Positions 19,759-30,116 are shown, counted from the first letter of the stretch. The stretch is 64,000 bases of DNA from Patescibacteria group bacterium (GCA_041666145.1 JBAYHK010000005.1:8921-72920); one strand, 5' to 3'. A program made the numbers and translations. The notes: generated from the sequence alone by a model not told the origin.

Positions 19759-21333
19759 TTAAATTTCCTCTTTTTTCTCACGAACAAAATTCAACCAACT
19801 CTCAACAAATTCAATTGCAACTTTCAGTGGAGCTTCAATAATAAAGTCAAAGAAATAAATGAAGACATTAATCTTCGCAACACGAATGGATAACCACGAA
19901 CCTGCACGAACAATAGGCAGCATGAGAACATCAAAAATTGTTCCTATAAAACCATTTCGCGCATCTGATGCAACAATATCTTTTGTTGAAGAACGGATAC
20001 GAATGCCAAAAAACGTCACCAGAGAAAGGAAGAAGAGAAAGAGCGCAATAGAAAGCCCATGGAATCCAAGGCTATGCAAAACTGCACCAATGATTCCGTA
20101 AACTCCTAAGAATAATATCGCGTACAAAACACCAAAAACACTGAACCAAGTATTCCTCGAATCACGACGTACACGAACGGAAAGTAATACATGCGGAGCG
20201 CCAACTGCGATCGCCCTTGCTGTAGCAATATAGTCTTCGACATTCTTTTTCTCTGGAATGGAAACCGTCAAGCCAATTAATGCCAAAAAGATTGGGTGGA
20301 AAGTGATATTCACCAAGAGCGGATACCAAGATGCCTCTTGCGCAATAAAAAGATCATAAGGAACTTCAATAATCAACGCGAGCAACATCTTTGTAAGAAA
20401 GAGAAACATTACAGCACGAACAACAGTCCTACGAAGACGAACATTAAAATCCTTAGTTCTTTCATGAAGCGCACCCCTTATTGCATCGTCAAGTGCTGTG
20501 GGATCTGTTACAAGAGGCGTGTGATCTTTCGCGGTCACAAATGCATCACGAAGCACCCTAAATATGCCAGCCTTTCTACGAAGCACGCGCCCGAGACGAT
20601 CCGTAAGCGGATGGAAAAGCTCCTCTTCGATGGTTGAGATGACAGGAACAATATTCGAAGCAAGCTCATCAATTAGCCTCTGGTCCGCCTGCACGCCAGC
20701 CCAAGTTGGATAGTAAAGCGTCAATAATCGATAACGTAACGTTGCGGCATTGCTCTTAAGAAGTGTTCGATGAATCGCTATATAAAGCCGAAGATCTTTC
20801 TTCTCTTCTGTAAGATCAAACTTTGGATCCCAATCAATTCGACTCCGCATTTCCTCGTACATGAAACTTGCAAGCGCCTCGTCACTTGCCGGTGGTGCTA
20901 GTGCGTATTCCACCTCTGTCGCGACAACATCAAGCAACCAAGTGGTCAGCTCTTCACGCTTTGTCTTCACGCTCATTACCGCAGAAAAAAGCGGTTCGTA
21001 CTTTGATAAAATTATTGCAATCTTCGGCCCGAGAGAAAGCGGAATACTTTTATTTGGCAAGTACTTTGCCCAAACTAATTCCTTCAACAGGTCCGCAGCC
21101 ATCTGCTCTGGAGAGTCTCCACTCCCTCGATATCTTCGCAACATTCGCTCAATCGCGTTTCTTCGCAAAAGATGCTCCTCTTGATAGTCCAAAGTATTCC
21201 GAACTTTTTCATAAAATGAAGCAGCGGTAGATGCCGGCACGCTTACTTCAATTGTTTCTTCACCAGCGCCTGCTTCAACAGGGGCGTCATAGTGTCGAAC
21301 TCCTGCAGCTAATTTTGCTAATCGTTCGTACAT
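19759..21333 (-). CDS. Hypothetical membrane protein (helical N-domain plus ~4 TM)
   Basis: Long ORF in operon-like spacing with hydrophobic C-terminal segments. Confidence 0.8.
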   Translation of the reverse strand: MYERLAKLAAGVRHYDAPVEAGAGEETIEVSVPASTAASFYEKVRNTLDYQEEHLLRRNAIERMLRRYRGSGDSPEQMAADLLKELVWAKYLPNKSIPLSLGPKIAIILSKYEPLFSAVMSVKTKREELTTWLLDVVATEVEYALAPPASDEALASFMYEEMRSRIDWDPKFDLTEEKKDLRLYIAIHRTLLKSNAATLRYRLLTLYYPTWAGVQADQRLIDELASNIVPVISTIEEELFHPLTDRLGRVLRRKAGIFRVLRDAFVTAKDHTPLVTDPTALDDAIRGALHERTKDFNVRLRRTVVRAVMFLFLTKMLLALIIEVPYDLFIAQEASWYPLLVNITFHPIFLALIGLTVSIPEKKNVEDYIATARAIAVGAPHVLLSVRVRRDSRNTWFSVFGVLYAILFLGVYGIIGAVLHSLGFHGLSIALFLFFLSLVTFFGIRIRSSTKDIVASDARNGFIGTIFDVLMLPIVRAGSWLSIRVAKINVFIYFFDFIIEAPLKVAIEFVESWLNFVREKKEEI

Positions 21334-21340
21334 AAACAAA

Positions 21341-22084
21341 CTAAAAAAGTTCTCGTTCTGGAGATTGCGACACTATCGCATACGCATCCTTGGCCGACTC
21401 TACCACAGCCACAATTTTTATGTCGTTCGCATCAATCGCGTCTTGCGTACCGTAGACTGCCGTCTCTAACCACTCAATAAGCGGTGTCCAATGTTCTTTT
21501 CCTACTAAAACTATTGGCATTCGTGCTGACTTCCCAGTTTGGATGAGAGTAATAAGTTCGAAAAGTTCATCTAAAGTGCCAAACCCACCCGGGAAAAAAA
21601 CATAAGCCTGCGCAGCAGCTGCAAGCATGACTTTCCGAGTAAAGAAATAATAAAAACCGTGAGAAAGAGAAGTGTAAGGATTGAGACGCTGTTCGTGCGG
21701 AAGCTGAATATTCAAGCCAACCGACGGCGCGCCAACTTCAAATGCCCCCCTATTCGCCGCCTCCATAATGCCAGGCCCTCCGCCAGTAATAACAGTGAAG
21801 CCACTCTTACCTAACATCTGTCCAAGCGTATAGGCCTCCTTGTACCAATGACTGCTCGGATGCGCTCTTGCTGAACCGAAAATCGATATTTCGTGCTCAA
21901 CACGAGTGAGAAGTTCAAACCCTTCAACCAGCTCCGCCATTACACGAAATACACGCCAAGAAATCTCAGATGCATGAAGAGTCATCCCACCTTGACGGCA
22001 TGCGGCACGCTCTTCTTCATTCAAAGGAAAACGATATGATCCAGAAGTTTTTTTTGACAAAGTTTTTCCACGAAACAATCCCAT
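21341..22084 (-). CDS. LOG family (TIGR00730) nucleotide phosphoribohydrolase
   Basis: IFGSAR, TGGGPGIMEA, PGGFGTLDE. Confidence 0.92.
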   Translation of the reverse strand: MGLFRGKTLSKKTSGSYRFPLNEEERAACRQGGMTLHASEISWRVFRVMAELVEGFELLTRVEHEISIFGSARAHPSSHWYKEAYTLGQMLGKSGFTVITGGGPGIMEAANRGAFEVGAPSVGLNIQLPHEQRLNPYTSLSHGFYYFFTRKVMLAAAAQAYVFFPGGFGTLDELFELITLIQTGKSARMPIVLVGKEHWTPLIEWLETAVYGTQDAIDANDIKIVAVVESAKDAYAIVSQSPERELF

Positions 22085-22092
22085 AGATGTGA

Positions 22093-23322
22093 CTATTGTA
22101 TCATCCCCTCCTTACGCAAAACGCATCGAAGGTCAACGATCAATGATCCTTTCATGCTTGAAAGAATCTGTTCCCGATTCATTGAAGAAAACTCTGGCCA
22201 ATTCGTCATGATCACTAAAGCATCAGCGTCGCTAACCGCATCGAGCATGCCACGAGCAATTTCTACTCGAGAAAAATCCGAAGAAAGCGAGCGAACAAGA
22301 GGATCAAACGCAATAATATTTGCATCTGCAGCTAAGCACTGTCGAAGAAGTTCTAAGGCCGGCGCATCACGAACATCATCAGTCCCTGGCTTAAAAGCCA
22401 AACCCCAAACCGCGATTCGCTTCCCTGCCAGCGAACCCAATTCTTGTTCTAGCATGCGATAAGACAAAGATTGACGCTCGGTGTTTACCAAGGTTGTTGC
22501 CTGCAGAATCTTTAAAGGCGTCCCGACAGAATCACCGAGATGCATAAGCGCTCGAACATCTTTCGGAAAACAACTTCCACCATATCCAGGACCTGGCTCT
22601 AAAAACTTCGAACCAATTCTGTCATCAAGTCCCATTCCTTTTGCAACAATACGAGCATCTGCACCAACAACGTCGCATAACCCAGCTATCTCATTAATAA
22701 AACTTATCTTTGTAGCTAAGAAACTATTACTCGCATACTTAATCATTTCCGCTGTAACGGTATCCGTAACAACAATCGGCGCATCGACATCTTTATAAAT
22801 TTCTTTTACCGTCGCCGAATCCTCACCGCTATCTGCGCCAAGAACAATCCTCGATGGATGCAAACCGTCATATACCGCATTTCCTTCGCGCAAAAACTCT
22901 GGATTTGCAACAACTCTCAATCTTCCATTCACAAATTCAGTAATCAATCGACTTGTTCCAGGTGGAACTGTCGACTTTAAAACAAATACGTTATTCGGTG
23001 CTACTTCTGCGCATGTTAACGCAGCAGATTTTACAAAAGACAAATCTGCAGAGCCGTCTGCGGCACTCGGAGTTCCAACACAACAAAAGACAATGTCGCA
23101 TGTACACGCCAATGAAAGATCCGTCGTAAAGATCACTGGAGTCGATGCAGAACAAAAAACTTCCAGCATCCCTTGTTCAAAAAAAGGCAAACCTCCTTGT
23201 TGCAGAATTTCAATCTTCTTCTCATTCAGGTCTGCACAGGTTACAGAGAAACCCCGAGCCGCAAAACTCGCCGCAGTTGCAAGTCCAACGTATCCCGCTC
23301 CGAGAATGCCGATTGTTTTCAT
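22093..23322 (-). CDS. ugd: UDP-glucose 6-dehydrogenase
   Basis: GAGYVG, PEFLREG, GYGGSCFPKD, GLAFKPGTDD. Confidence 0.95.
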   Translation of the reverse strand: MKTIGILGAGYVGLATAASFAARGFSVTCADLNEKKIEILQQGGLPFFEQGMLEVFCSASTPVIFTTDLSLACTCDIVFCCVGTPSAADGSADLSFVKSAALTCAEVAPNNVFVLKSTVPPGTSRLITEFVNGRLRVVANPEFLREGNAVYDGLHPSRIVLGADSGEDSATVKEIYKDVDAPIVVTDTVTAEMIKYASNSFLATKISFINEIAGLCDVVGADARIVAKGMGLDDRIGSKFLEPGPGYGGSCFPKDVRALMHLGDSVGTPLKILQATTLVNTERQSLSYRMLEQELGSLAGKRIAVWGLAFKPGTDDVRDAPALELLRQCLAADANIIAFDPLVRSLSSDFSRVEIARGMLDAVSDADALVIMTNWPEFSSMNREQILSSMKGSLIVDLRCVLRKEGMIQ

Positions 23323-23334
23323 ACAAGAAGTATT

Positions 23335-23874
23335 TTACTCATCCGTATCTGCGAATGCACCTTGTGCAGCAATATTTCCAGAAGGAGTAGAAACACCGTC
23401 ATTCGGTTCCACCATAACAACAACATTTGGATATTCAACTGGACATTGAACAGAAAAAACTTTCGCGAATGTTCCATCTGCTCGAGTCTCGAGAACTCCT
23501 GCAGACTGCACATCTGCCAATCCGTCTTTCACCATCCAAACTTCATACGAAGTATTTAGCGCTAATGCCGGAAGATGAAGTACTACATTATATTCAGCGT
23601 TCTCTTCACTCCCACGCCTATACACCACGCCAGCCAACGCACCGTCAATTCCTGTAATCGACGCACTTCCGTCCAAAACCACCGGTGAAGAAAGAGTTAC
23701 AACATCTAATGTTTCCGCTTGTGTTGCTACGGCTTTTTCATTACTTGTTCGGAACCATCCAATGAGCCGAAATACGAGAAATCCACCCAATCCAACAACA
23801 ATCAAACAAAGAATGACGCTTCCGATCCCGCCTCTCGATCTGGATCCTCGATGTTTATAACTTTGATGCATCAT
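23335..23874 (-). CDS. RskA-like (anti-sigma-K C-terminal domain) membrane protein
   Basis: Single TM, then LP.L....YEVW and VMVEPNDG..TPS. Confidence 0.55.
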   Translation of the reverse strand: MMHQSYKHRGSRSRGGIGSVILCLIVVGLGGFLVFRLIGWFRTSNEKAVATQAETLDVVTLSSPVVLDGSASITGIDGALAGVVYRRGSEENAEYNVVLHLPALALNTSYEVWMVKDGLADVQSAGVLETRADGTFAKVFSVQCPVEYPNVVVMVEPNDGVSTPSGNIAAQGAFADTDE

Positions 23875-25019
23875 ACGGATTCAATTGCATTTGCAATAAC
23901 CTCTGCCGGATTAACCTCGACGATTCTTGGAATAATACACTCAGCAATCGGAGCAGAGACCATTCCTGCAAGCGCAGTTGCTGCCGCAATCTTCATTTCA
24001 CTTGTTAACTTACTTGCTCGACGATTCAAAAGACCACGAAAAAGACCTGGATACACTAGAACATTATTGATCTGATTTGGATAATCAGAACGTCCAGTCG
24101 CGATCACTGCCGCACCGGCGGCTTTTGCATCTTCAGCCTCAATTTCTGGTACTGGATTTGCAAGGGCGAAAACGATTGGGTTCTTTGCCATGCTCCGCAC
24201 CATGTCTTGAGTCACAAGATGTGGCCGACTAACGCCAATAAATACATCAGCACCGGTCATGGCATCTGCAAGGCCGCCTTCGATGCTTTTCGCATTCGTC
24301 ATGGATGAAAGTTGCAGCTTCTCTCCGGACAAATCTGTTCGATGTTTGCCAACGATTCCTTTCGAGTCTAGAAGAACGACGTTTGCAACGCCTGAATCGA
24401 TAAGAAGCCGAGTTATTGCAACGCCAGCAGCGCCGGCGCCATTCACAACCACAGACAATGACGACAATTCACGACCAACAACTTTTGCCGCATTCATCAA
24501 GCCAGCAAGCACAACAATCGCCGTTGCATGCTGGTCGTCATGCATGACCGGAATATCTAAAAGCTCAATAAGCCGTTTTTCTACGTCAAAACATATTGGC
24601 GCAGCAATGTCTTCCAAATGGATTCCACCAAATGTTGGAGCAATCATTCGTACCGCCTCAACAATGTCGTCTGCGTTTTGACTTGCAAGCACAATTGGAA
24701 CTGCGTCGATATTCGCGTACTTTTTGTAAAGCACTGCCTTGCCTTCCATGACTGGCAGTCCTGCTTCTGGGCCAATATTTCCCAAACCAAGAACGGAAGA
24801 ACCGTCAGAAACAACTGCGACAGTTCGGCCCTTCATGGTCATGTCGTAAGCAAGACTCTTGTCTTTCGCAATCGCTAAACACGGCGCTGCAACTCCCGGC
24901 GTGTACGCAATACTCAAATCATCTTGCGTTTCAAGCGACATAAGGCTTGTTATCGCCCATTTTCCTGCATGCTTTTTATGTTCCTCAATAGAACGTTCTG
25001 CGTAATTGTGTGATGCCAT
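23871..25019 (-). CDS. NAD(P)-dependent malic enzyme
   Basis: YTPGVA, VMEGKA, LEDI, HDDQH, GAGAAG, GRSDYPNQINN. Confidence 0.95.
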   Translation of the reverse strand: MASHNYAERSIEEHKKHAGKWAITSLMSLETQDDLSIAYTPGVAAPCLAIAKDKSLAYDMTMKGRTVAVVSDGSSVLGLGNIGPEAGLPVMEGKAVLYKKYANIDAVPIVLASQNADDIVEAVRMIAPTFGGIHLEDIAAPICFDVEKRLIELLDIPVMHDDQHATAIVVLAGLMNAAKVVGRELSSLSVVVNGAGAAGVAITRLLIDSGVANVVLLDSKGIVGKHRTDLSGEKLQLSSMTNAKSIEGGLADAMTGADVFIGVSRPHLVTQDMVRSMAKNPIVFALANPVPEIEAEDAKAAGAAVIATGRSDYPNQINNVLVYPGLFRGLLNRRASKLTSEMKIAAATALAGMVSAPIAECIIPRIVEVNPAEVIANAIESV

Positions 25020-25028
25020 AGAAGAAAA

Positions 25029-27170
25029 CTAGTAGTCACCTAAAAATGATTTCGGAGATTCTTTTCTTGTTACCGTTTCGCCCATGTCGTCGAGTACGAT
25101 TGTGGGTCCATCCTCATCTTCCCACGATTGCTTCTTCACCGCACGTGATTGATATACTCCGCCACCATATGAAGATTGACTCCACTGTGGCATCTGCCGC
25201 CTTAACCGCACATTTTCTATCATTCCCAAAGGAATCTCTTGAATAAAAGGCGACGGTTCTCGAACGTCGATTGAATCAAATCCAGTAACCAGCGGATACG
25301 TCAAAAAAAGTTTTGACTTGGCTCGTGTTACAGCAACATAAAAAAGTCGACGCTCTTCTTCCAGTCCACCATGCTCACCCATACTCCGGTCACTAGGAAA
25401 CATTCCGCCGGCACAATGCAATACAAACACCGCATCCCATTCCAGTCCCTTTGCCTGATGGATCGTCGACAGAATAAGCTTTTCTTCTCCGCTTCCACTA
25501 TCAGCTTCATGCGAAGTGTCATCCATGCGCCCGCCAAAGTCTCCAGTCAATGTCATTGCATCTAAAAATTCACCAAGATCTTTGTACTGTTCTGCAAATA
25601 CAGACAATTGCTCAAGATCATCTAATCTGTCTCGGTAATTCGGATACTCAGATTCTAAATACATTCGATACGATTCGTGAGAAGCAAAGGAACGAACTGC
25701 ACTAGCAGGAATCGGCGCAGCAAACATTGCTCGCAGAATGTTCGACGTATGACGGAATCCTTCTGCTGCACGAGCGCCAATATTCAACGGAGAATCCAAG
25801 GCTTCCTGTGCAGACTCAAACTGTGCCATGTGTTCTGCAATCTTCTGGCTTGTTGTTAAACCCAACCCTGGTTGAATCTGTAAGGCGCGCAGCCAAGCAA
25901 CCACATCGCGACCGTTTCGAAGCAGCCGAAGGTGAGAAACGGCGTCCTTAATATGTGCCCGTTCAAAAAATTTCATTCCGCCACGATATTCATACGGAAT
26001 CGAGCGCTTCATCAACTCGAATTCCACAGCTTGCGAATGAAATGCTGCACGGAAAAGAACGGCAATATTCTTCAATGGACATCCTTCATCTATCAACCCC
26101 AAAATCTGCTCAACAACATATTGGCCCTCTTCTCGCGCGTCATTCGCCGGAACCACAAATGGCTTTTCACCAGACAATCTTGCAGAGAACAATTCTTTTT
26201 CAAACTGGTCTGTATTATTCGCAATCACCGCGTTTGCAACATTCAAGATTTCTGGCGTTGACCGATAGTTTGTTACCAATCGAAAGGTTCGAGCGTCAGA
26301 GTATCGTTTTGGAAAATCAAGAATGTTTCGAATCTCTGCCGCACGAAATGAGTAAATACTTTGCGCGTCGTCACCAACCACTAAGACGTTCCGATGAACA
26401 CCAGCGAGAAGATCAACAATATCTGACTGAATAATGTTCGTATCTTGGAACTCATCCACCAAAATATATTGAAATCGATTCGCAAGCTGTTCTCGAACCG
26501 CGTGATTGTTTTGAAGTAAAAGTAAAAGTTGCAAAAGTAAATCATCAAAATCCATGCTTCGCGCTGTTCGCTTTGCAGAAGCGTATCGCTCTGCAACCAT
26601 GCTAATCTCCGGGAAAATTGCCCCGAAATGATTCGCTCTCTCTTCAACAACACTCTTCAGCGGAATTCGCGCATTCTCACTATATGAAATCAAACCTCGC
26701 AGCACATTCACACTCGGAAAGCGTTTTCCTTTCGTGTCGATGCGCAATTCTTTAATGCACAATTTCATCATGTCGTTCGCGTCGTCTTCATCCAAAATAG
26801 AAAAGTCATTTCCAAATCCCGTCTGCGATCCATACATGCGAAGAATTCTGTTTGCGATTGAATGAAATGTTCCAGACCACAATCCGCTTGGATATGCCCG
26901 CAACAATCCCTCAACTCGCACCATCATTTCCTTTGCTGCTTTGTTCGTAAACGTCAAAAGCAATATTCTGTCTGTTGGCACACCGTGCTCGAGCAACCAT
27001 GCAACTCGGTATGTAATAGTCCTTGTTTTTCCGCTCCCCGCCCCTGCAAGAACCAACGTTGGTCCTCCTGAGCTCGATACCGCGCAAAACTGCTCTTCAT
27101 TGAGTTCGTTTTTATAATCAATATGTAAATTTGGTGACAGTTGATTCGCAGATAAAACAAAATCTTTCAT
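25029..27170 (-). CDS. pcrA: UvrD/PcrA superfamily I DNA helicase
   Basis: AGAGSGKT, VDEFQD, GDDAQSIYSFR, TIHQAKGLE, EERRLFYVAVTRA. Confidence 0.93.
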   Translation of the reverse strand: MKDFVLSANQLSPNLHIDYKNELNEEQFCAVSSSGGPTLVLAGAGSGKTRTITYRVAWLLEHGVPTDRILLLTFTNKAAKEMMVRVEGLLRAYPSGLWSGTFHSIANRILRMYGSQTGFGNDFSILDEDDANDMMKLCIKELRIDTKGKRFPSVNVLRGLISYSENARIPLKSVVEERANHFGAIFPEISMVAERYASAKRTARSMDFDDLLLQLLLLLQNNHAVREQLANRFQYILVDEFQDTNIIQSDIVDLLAGVHRNVLVVGDDAQSIYSFRAAEIRNILDFPKRYSDARTFRLVTNYRSTPEILNVANAVIANNTDQFEKELFSARLSGEKPFVVPANDAREEGQYVVEQILGLIDEGCPLKNIAVLFRAAFHSQAVEFELMKRSIPYEYRGGMKFFERAHIKDAVSHLRLLRNGRDVVAWLRALQIQPGLGLTTSQKIAEHMAQFESAQEALDSPLNIGARAAEGFRHTSNILRAMFAAPIPASAVRSFASHESYRMYLESEYPNYRDRLDDLEQLSVFAEQYKDLGEFLDAMTLTGDFGGRMDDTSHEADSGSGEEKLILSTIHQAKGLEWDAVFVLHCAGGMFPSDRSMGEHGGLEEERRLFYVAVTRAKSKLFLTYPLVTGFDSIDVREPSPFIQEIPLGMIENVRLRRQMPQWSQSSYGGGVYQSRAVKKQSWEDEDGPTIVLDDMGETVTRKESPKSFLGDY

Positions 27171-27218
27171 ACTGTCCGTAGTGTAATAGATGAACGTCGA
27201 TACAAGAAATAAACTCAA

Positions 27219-27242
27219 ACGCCGGGGAAGCTACCCCGGCGT
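27219..27242. terminator. GC-rich hairpin after ORF 27250-27810
   Basis: ACGCCGGGG-N6-CCCCGGCGT, followed by TTGAGTTT on the minus strand. Confidence 0.6.
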
Positions 27243-27249
27243 CGCGTGA

Positions 27250-27810
27250 CTACCTAGTCGATTTTGTAAGCGGTAGAAGAGCACGAACAAAATCGTCTAA
27301 CGACAGAGCCCTGTGGATTTCTTTTTCGAACTCGAATGTGATCCATCCATCAGAAGACACCTTGGCACATTTCCAGTCAGACAACCCGCCCTCACGGCTA
27401 GGCGTATTCACATTGAACCTTGCCCCATGGGAATACGTTGAGGTGTGTACATGAAGAACAAAAGTTCTCGGCTTCTTTTTTGCTCCAGGCTCTTCCCTTC
27501 TCGTTTTCTGGAATCGCTCTACAGAAACCAGGCGCCCTTCAGTGAGCACAACAATGAACACCTTTTCCGAAAATGGATTCCAGTCAGTGGCCCTGGAAAT
27601 AACCAGCAACGTGGAAGCGGAGAATATCAGAGCGCATGTCGAGCCAAGAATTTCGTAGCTCATCCAACCCGTAACCACGGAAGCGCCAAGAAAAACAACC
27701 GCGAACAGTGCCGCAAAACAGTGTTCGACCCGACTACGAGAAAGGTCCTCTTTGTCGATACGAAGAATCTGAGCCCGCGCATCACCAGGATTCCTGCCGT
27801 GACTATCCAT
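27250..27810 (-). CDS. Hypothetical two-TM membrane protein
   Basis: GGAGGTG SD upstream of ATG 27810; two hydrophobic helices. Confidence 0.65.
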   Translation of the reverse strand: MDSHGRNPGDARAQILRIDKEDLSRSRVEHCFAALFAVVFLGASVVTGWMSYEILGSTCALIFSASTLLVISRATDWNPFSEKVFIVVLTEGRLVSVERFQKTRREEPGAKKKPRTFVLHVHTSTYSHGARFNVNTPSREGGLSDWKCAKVSSDGWITFEFEKEIHRALSLDDFVRALLPLTKSTR

Positions 27811-27899
27811 CAGATCACCTCCTTGAAATACTGCAGTTATCACAACAAACCCCCGGAGAGTAACAGACTTCAAATCATCAAACAAGAATGAAAGAAAAA

Positions 27900-27928
27900 T
27901 TGACCACGAACAAAATCTCCGCTAATCT
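27900..27928 (+). promoter_or_regulatory. Putative sigma70 promoter
   Basis: TTGACC-17-TAATCT upstream of ORF 27967. Confidence 0.55.
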
Positions 27929-27966
27929 TCGCCCCGGACATTCCAGTCCTCAACCCTTGGAGCGTC

Positions 27967-28533
27967 ATGCTCATACTTCCACCCTACTCTTTCCTCCCCC
28001 CGGGACTCATCGAGTGCGAGAGACCGGAAAATCTTCATCTCAAAATTGTTCCGTCGAAACACCTCATTTTCGGAAGATGCGGACATAAGTTCAGCGTGTC
28101 TGGCAGCTCCACTCTCGTAATAGACGGAACCGTTGAAAAAGTCGCAGACACTGCAAGTCTCTGCAAACCAACGTCAATGAACTCCGTACGACTTCTAAGA
28201 AGCCGTTGGCTCCTGAGAAACCTTCTCTTTTCGACGAGCCTACATCGTTGCGACGAATGCAGAAGAAGAGAGGAACTCGACTCGACCATCATATGCCCCA
28301 TGTGCATGGGAACGATCCCGCCACGTTTTCTGTGCAGGATAGAGAAGGAGGGATCTGTACGTTCGATGCTTGGAGAACGGCAAGATCGCATTCAACATGC
28401 AACAAAGGTCATGAGCGCAGAAGATGAACAAACGGAAATCATCGTCTGCGAAAGTTGCGGACGTCGCAGAGGATCCAGTACGACGCTCTTTCGCTGGAGC
28501 GGCAAATACGTCATTCCGTTTACTGATCAATGA
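27967..28533 (+). CDS. Cys-rich hypothetical protein (probable zinc fingers)
   Basis: CGH, CDEC, CPMC, CESC; GGAG SD, own promoter, downstream hairpin. Confidence 0.7.
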   Translation: MLILPPYSFLPPGLIECERPENLHLKIVPSKHLIFGRCGHKFSVSGSSTLVIDGTVEKVADTASLCKPTSMNSVRLLRSRWLLRNLLFSTSLHRCDECRRREELDSTIICPMCMGTIPPRFLCRIEKEGSVRSMLGERQDRIQHATKVMSAEDEQTEIIVCESCGRRRGSSTTLFRWSGKYVIPFTDQ

Positions 28534-28549
28534 CCAAGCAGAAAAAACG

Positions 28550-28580
28550 CACGGCTCCGCTCTACGAGAGTGGGGCCGTG
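28550..28580. terminator. Hairpin between convergent genes
   Basis: CACGGCTCCGCTCT-ACG-AGAGTGGGGCCGTG. Confidence 0.65.
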
Positions 28581-28586
28581 ATGTGT

Positions 28587-28832
28587 TTAAGAAATGATAA
28601 GGAATTCTTTTTCGTACTTCTGCAACTTCTTTATTTCTATTTCTCTTTTTCTCGCGTCACCTTCTGATTCCTTTTCTTCATGCCAAACAAGAGTCACCGG
28701 CAGCCTCGCCCTTGTGTATTTCGCGCCTTTTCCGGTGTTGTGCGCAACAATTCGCTTACAGATATCTGTCGAAATTCCTGTATACAACGTTCCATCAGCA
28801 CAACGAAGGATGTAAACATTCCATGTTGGCAT
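28587..28832 (-). CDS. GIY-YIG nuclease family protein (UPF0213/YhbQ-like)
   Basis: VYILRCADGTLYTG...HN.GKGAKYTR...RE..IKKL. Confidence 0.92.
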   Translation of the reverse strand: MPTWNVYILRCADGTLYTGISTDICKRIVAHNTGKGAKYTRARLPVTLVWHEEKESEGDARKREIEIKKLQKYEKEFLIIS

Positions 28833-28837
28833 AAATG

Positions 28838-29413
28838 TTATTGCAACTGAATATCATGACTCCGAATCGCCCGTCGTCGCTTGACGTAATCTGGAATTGT
28901 TCTTGCGACAAGATTCCAAAACTTTGCAGAATGATTCATCTGTCCTAAATGACAAAGCTCATGAACAATGATGTAGTCGGAAAGATGTGAAGGCAGAAGC
29001 GCGATCTTGTAATTAAAATTCAAATTCCCTTTTCCCGAACAACTCCCCCATCTGGTTCGCTGATTACGAATCGCGATACGGTTCCACGAGAAACCGTAAA
29101 TCTGATTAAAATATTCGAGCCGTTCATTTACAAGTCGCAATGCATTCCTTTTATCTTCCGCGACTTCTTTCGCTGTTCGTTTCGGTGCCACCGGCTTTGC
29201 ATGTTTCTTCGCAAAAGAAATCTTCGCTAAAATCCAATCCGCTTTTTGCGCAATTGTCTGTTCAATCATGCGTTTCGGAAGCAACACCGGCGCCGTTACC
29301 ACAAGCTTCCCGTCTGCATGAACCGCAAACCTCAGCACCCGAGAAAAGCGCTTACGGCGAAGAATGTAAGGAATATTTTGAAAACTACGCAATTCCTCCT
29401 GCGGCTTTTGCAT
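28838..29413 (-). CDS. YgjP/DUF45 (M48-like) metallopeptidase family
   Basis: RWGSCS, YIIVHELCHL, NHS..FW. Confidence 0.9.
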   Translation of the reverse strand: MQKPQEELRSFQNIPYILRRKRFSRVLRFAVHADGKLVVTAPVLLPKRMIEQTIAQKADWILAKISFAKKHAKPVAPKRTAKEVAEDKRNALRLVNERLEYFNQIYGFSWNRIAIRNQRTRWGSCSGKGNLNFNYKIALLPSHLSDYIIVHELCHLGQMNHSAKFWNLVARTIPDYVKRRRAIRSHDIQLQ

Positions 29414-30116
29414 ACTGACAATACACGCAGTCATCTGCTGCCTTCGGAGTTTTACTTGACTGCAAACACGTTCGCATCTTCATCAATGTTTCTGCAATCC
29501 AATCATCATTGCCAGTATACGGAAGAACCTTCACATCAAATTCAATCTTTCCATCAAACGCTGCAACATCTTGTCTGCCATTGCAGTACACAAAATAGCC
29601 AGTCGACAAAACAACAAATCCCATTCTCCGCAAAATCCATTGATAGATTTCCATTTGCCGCTTGTAACTCATTTGCCAATCAGCATCCAAAGTTACCTCA
29701 CTACTTTTACTGGTCGCCTTATAATCCACCACAATAATCTCGCCATTTGGCGCGACCCAAAGATCGTCTACTGCACCGGTGACCAAGAAGTTAGACGGTT
29801 CATCCACCACCTGACACCCAACAAAATTCTCTCTCCACCGATCCATCTCCTCATGCGCAAACGGAATGGCATTAATCCCATATTCCCTCATCAACGGATG
29901 CGCCGTCCCCGCTACCCGATGCACATCAAATTCCTTCTTCAACAACAAATCGACCGTCTTATTGATGTTAAACGGCGGCCCACTTGGCCTTCTAATCCCT
30001 AACCGTCGATCAAGATAAAAACATCGTGGGCATTTTACAAAGTCTTCGATTTTAGAACGTGAAACTTTGTATGGGGATTTTGATGCGGGATCGTAGAGGT
30101 TGCGGGTGCGGGACAT
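29385..30116 (-). CDS. PD-(D/E)XK nuclease (Cas4/AddB-like)
   Basis: CPRC, GAVDD, VVDYKA, QMEIY, C-terminal CVYC. Confidence 0.85.
   Translation of the reverse strand: MSRTRNLYDPASKSPYKVSRSKIEDFVKCPRCFYLDRRLGIRRPSGPPFNINKTVDLLLKKEFDVHRVAGTAHPLMREYGINAIPFAHEEMDRWRENFVGCQVVDEPSNFLVTGAVDDLWVAPNGEIIVVDYKATSKSSEVTLDADWQMSYKRQMEIYQWILRRMGFVVLSTGYFVYCNGRQDVAAFDGKIEFDVKVLPYTGNDDWIAETLMKMRTCLQSSKTPKAADDCVYCQYAKAAGGIA

Noticed and set aside
29385-30116. CRISPR-associated cas4
   Set aside because: No cas1/cas2 or array in the window; treated as a solo nuclease
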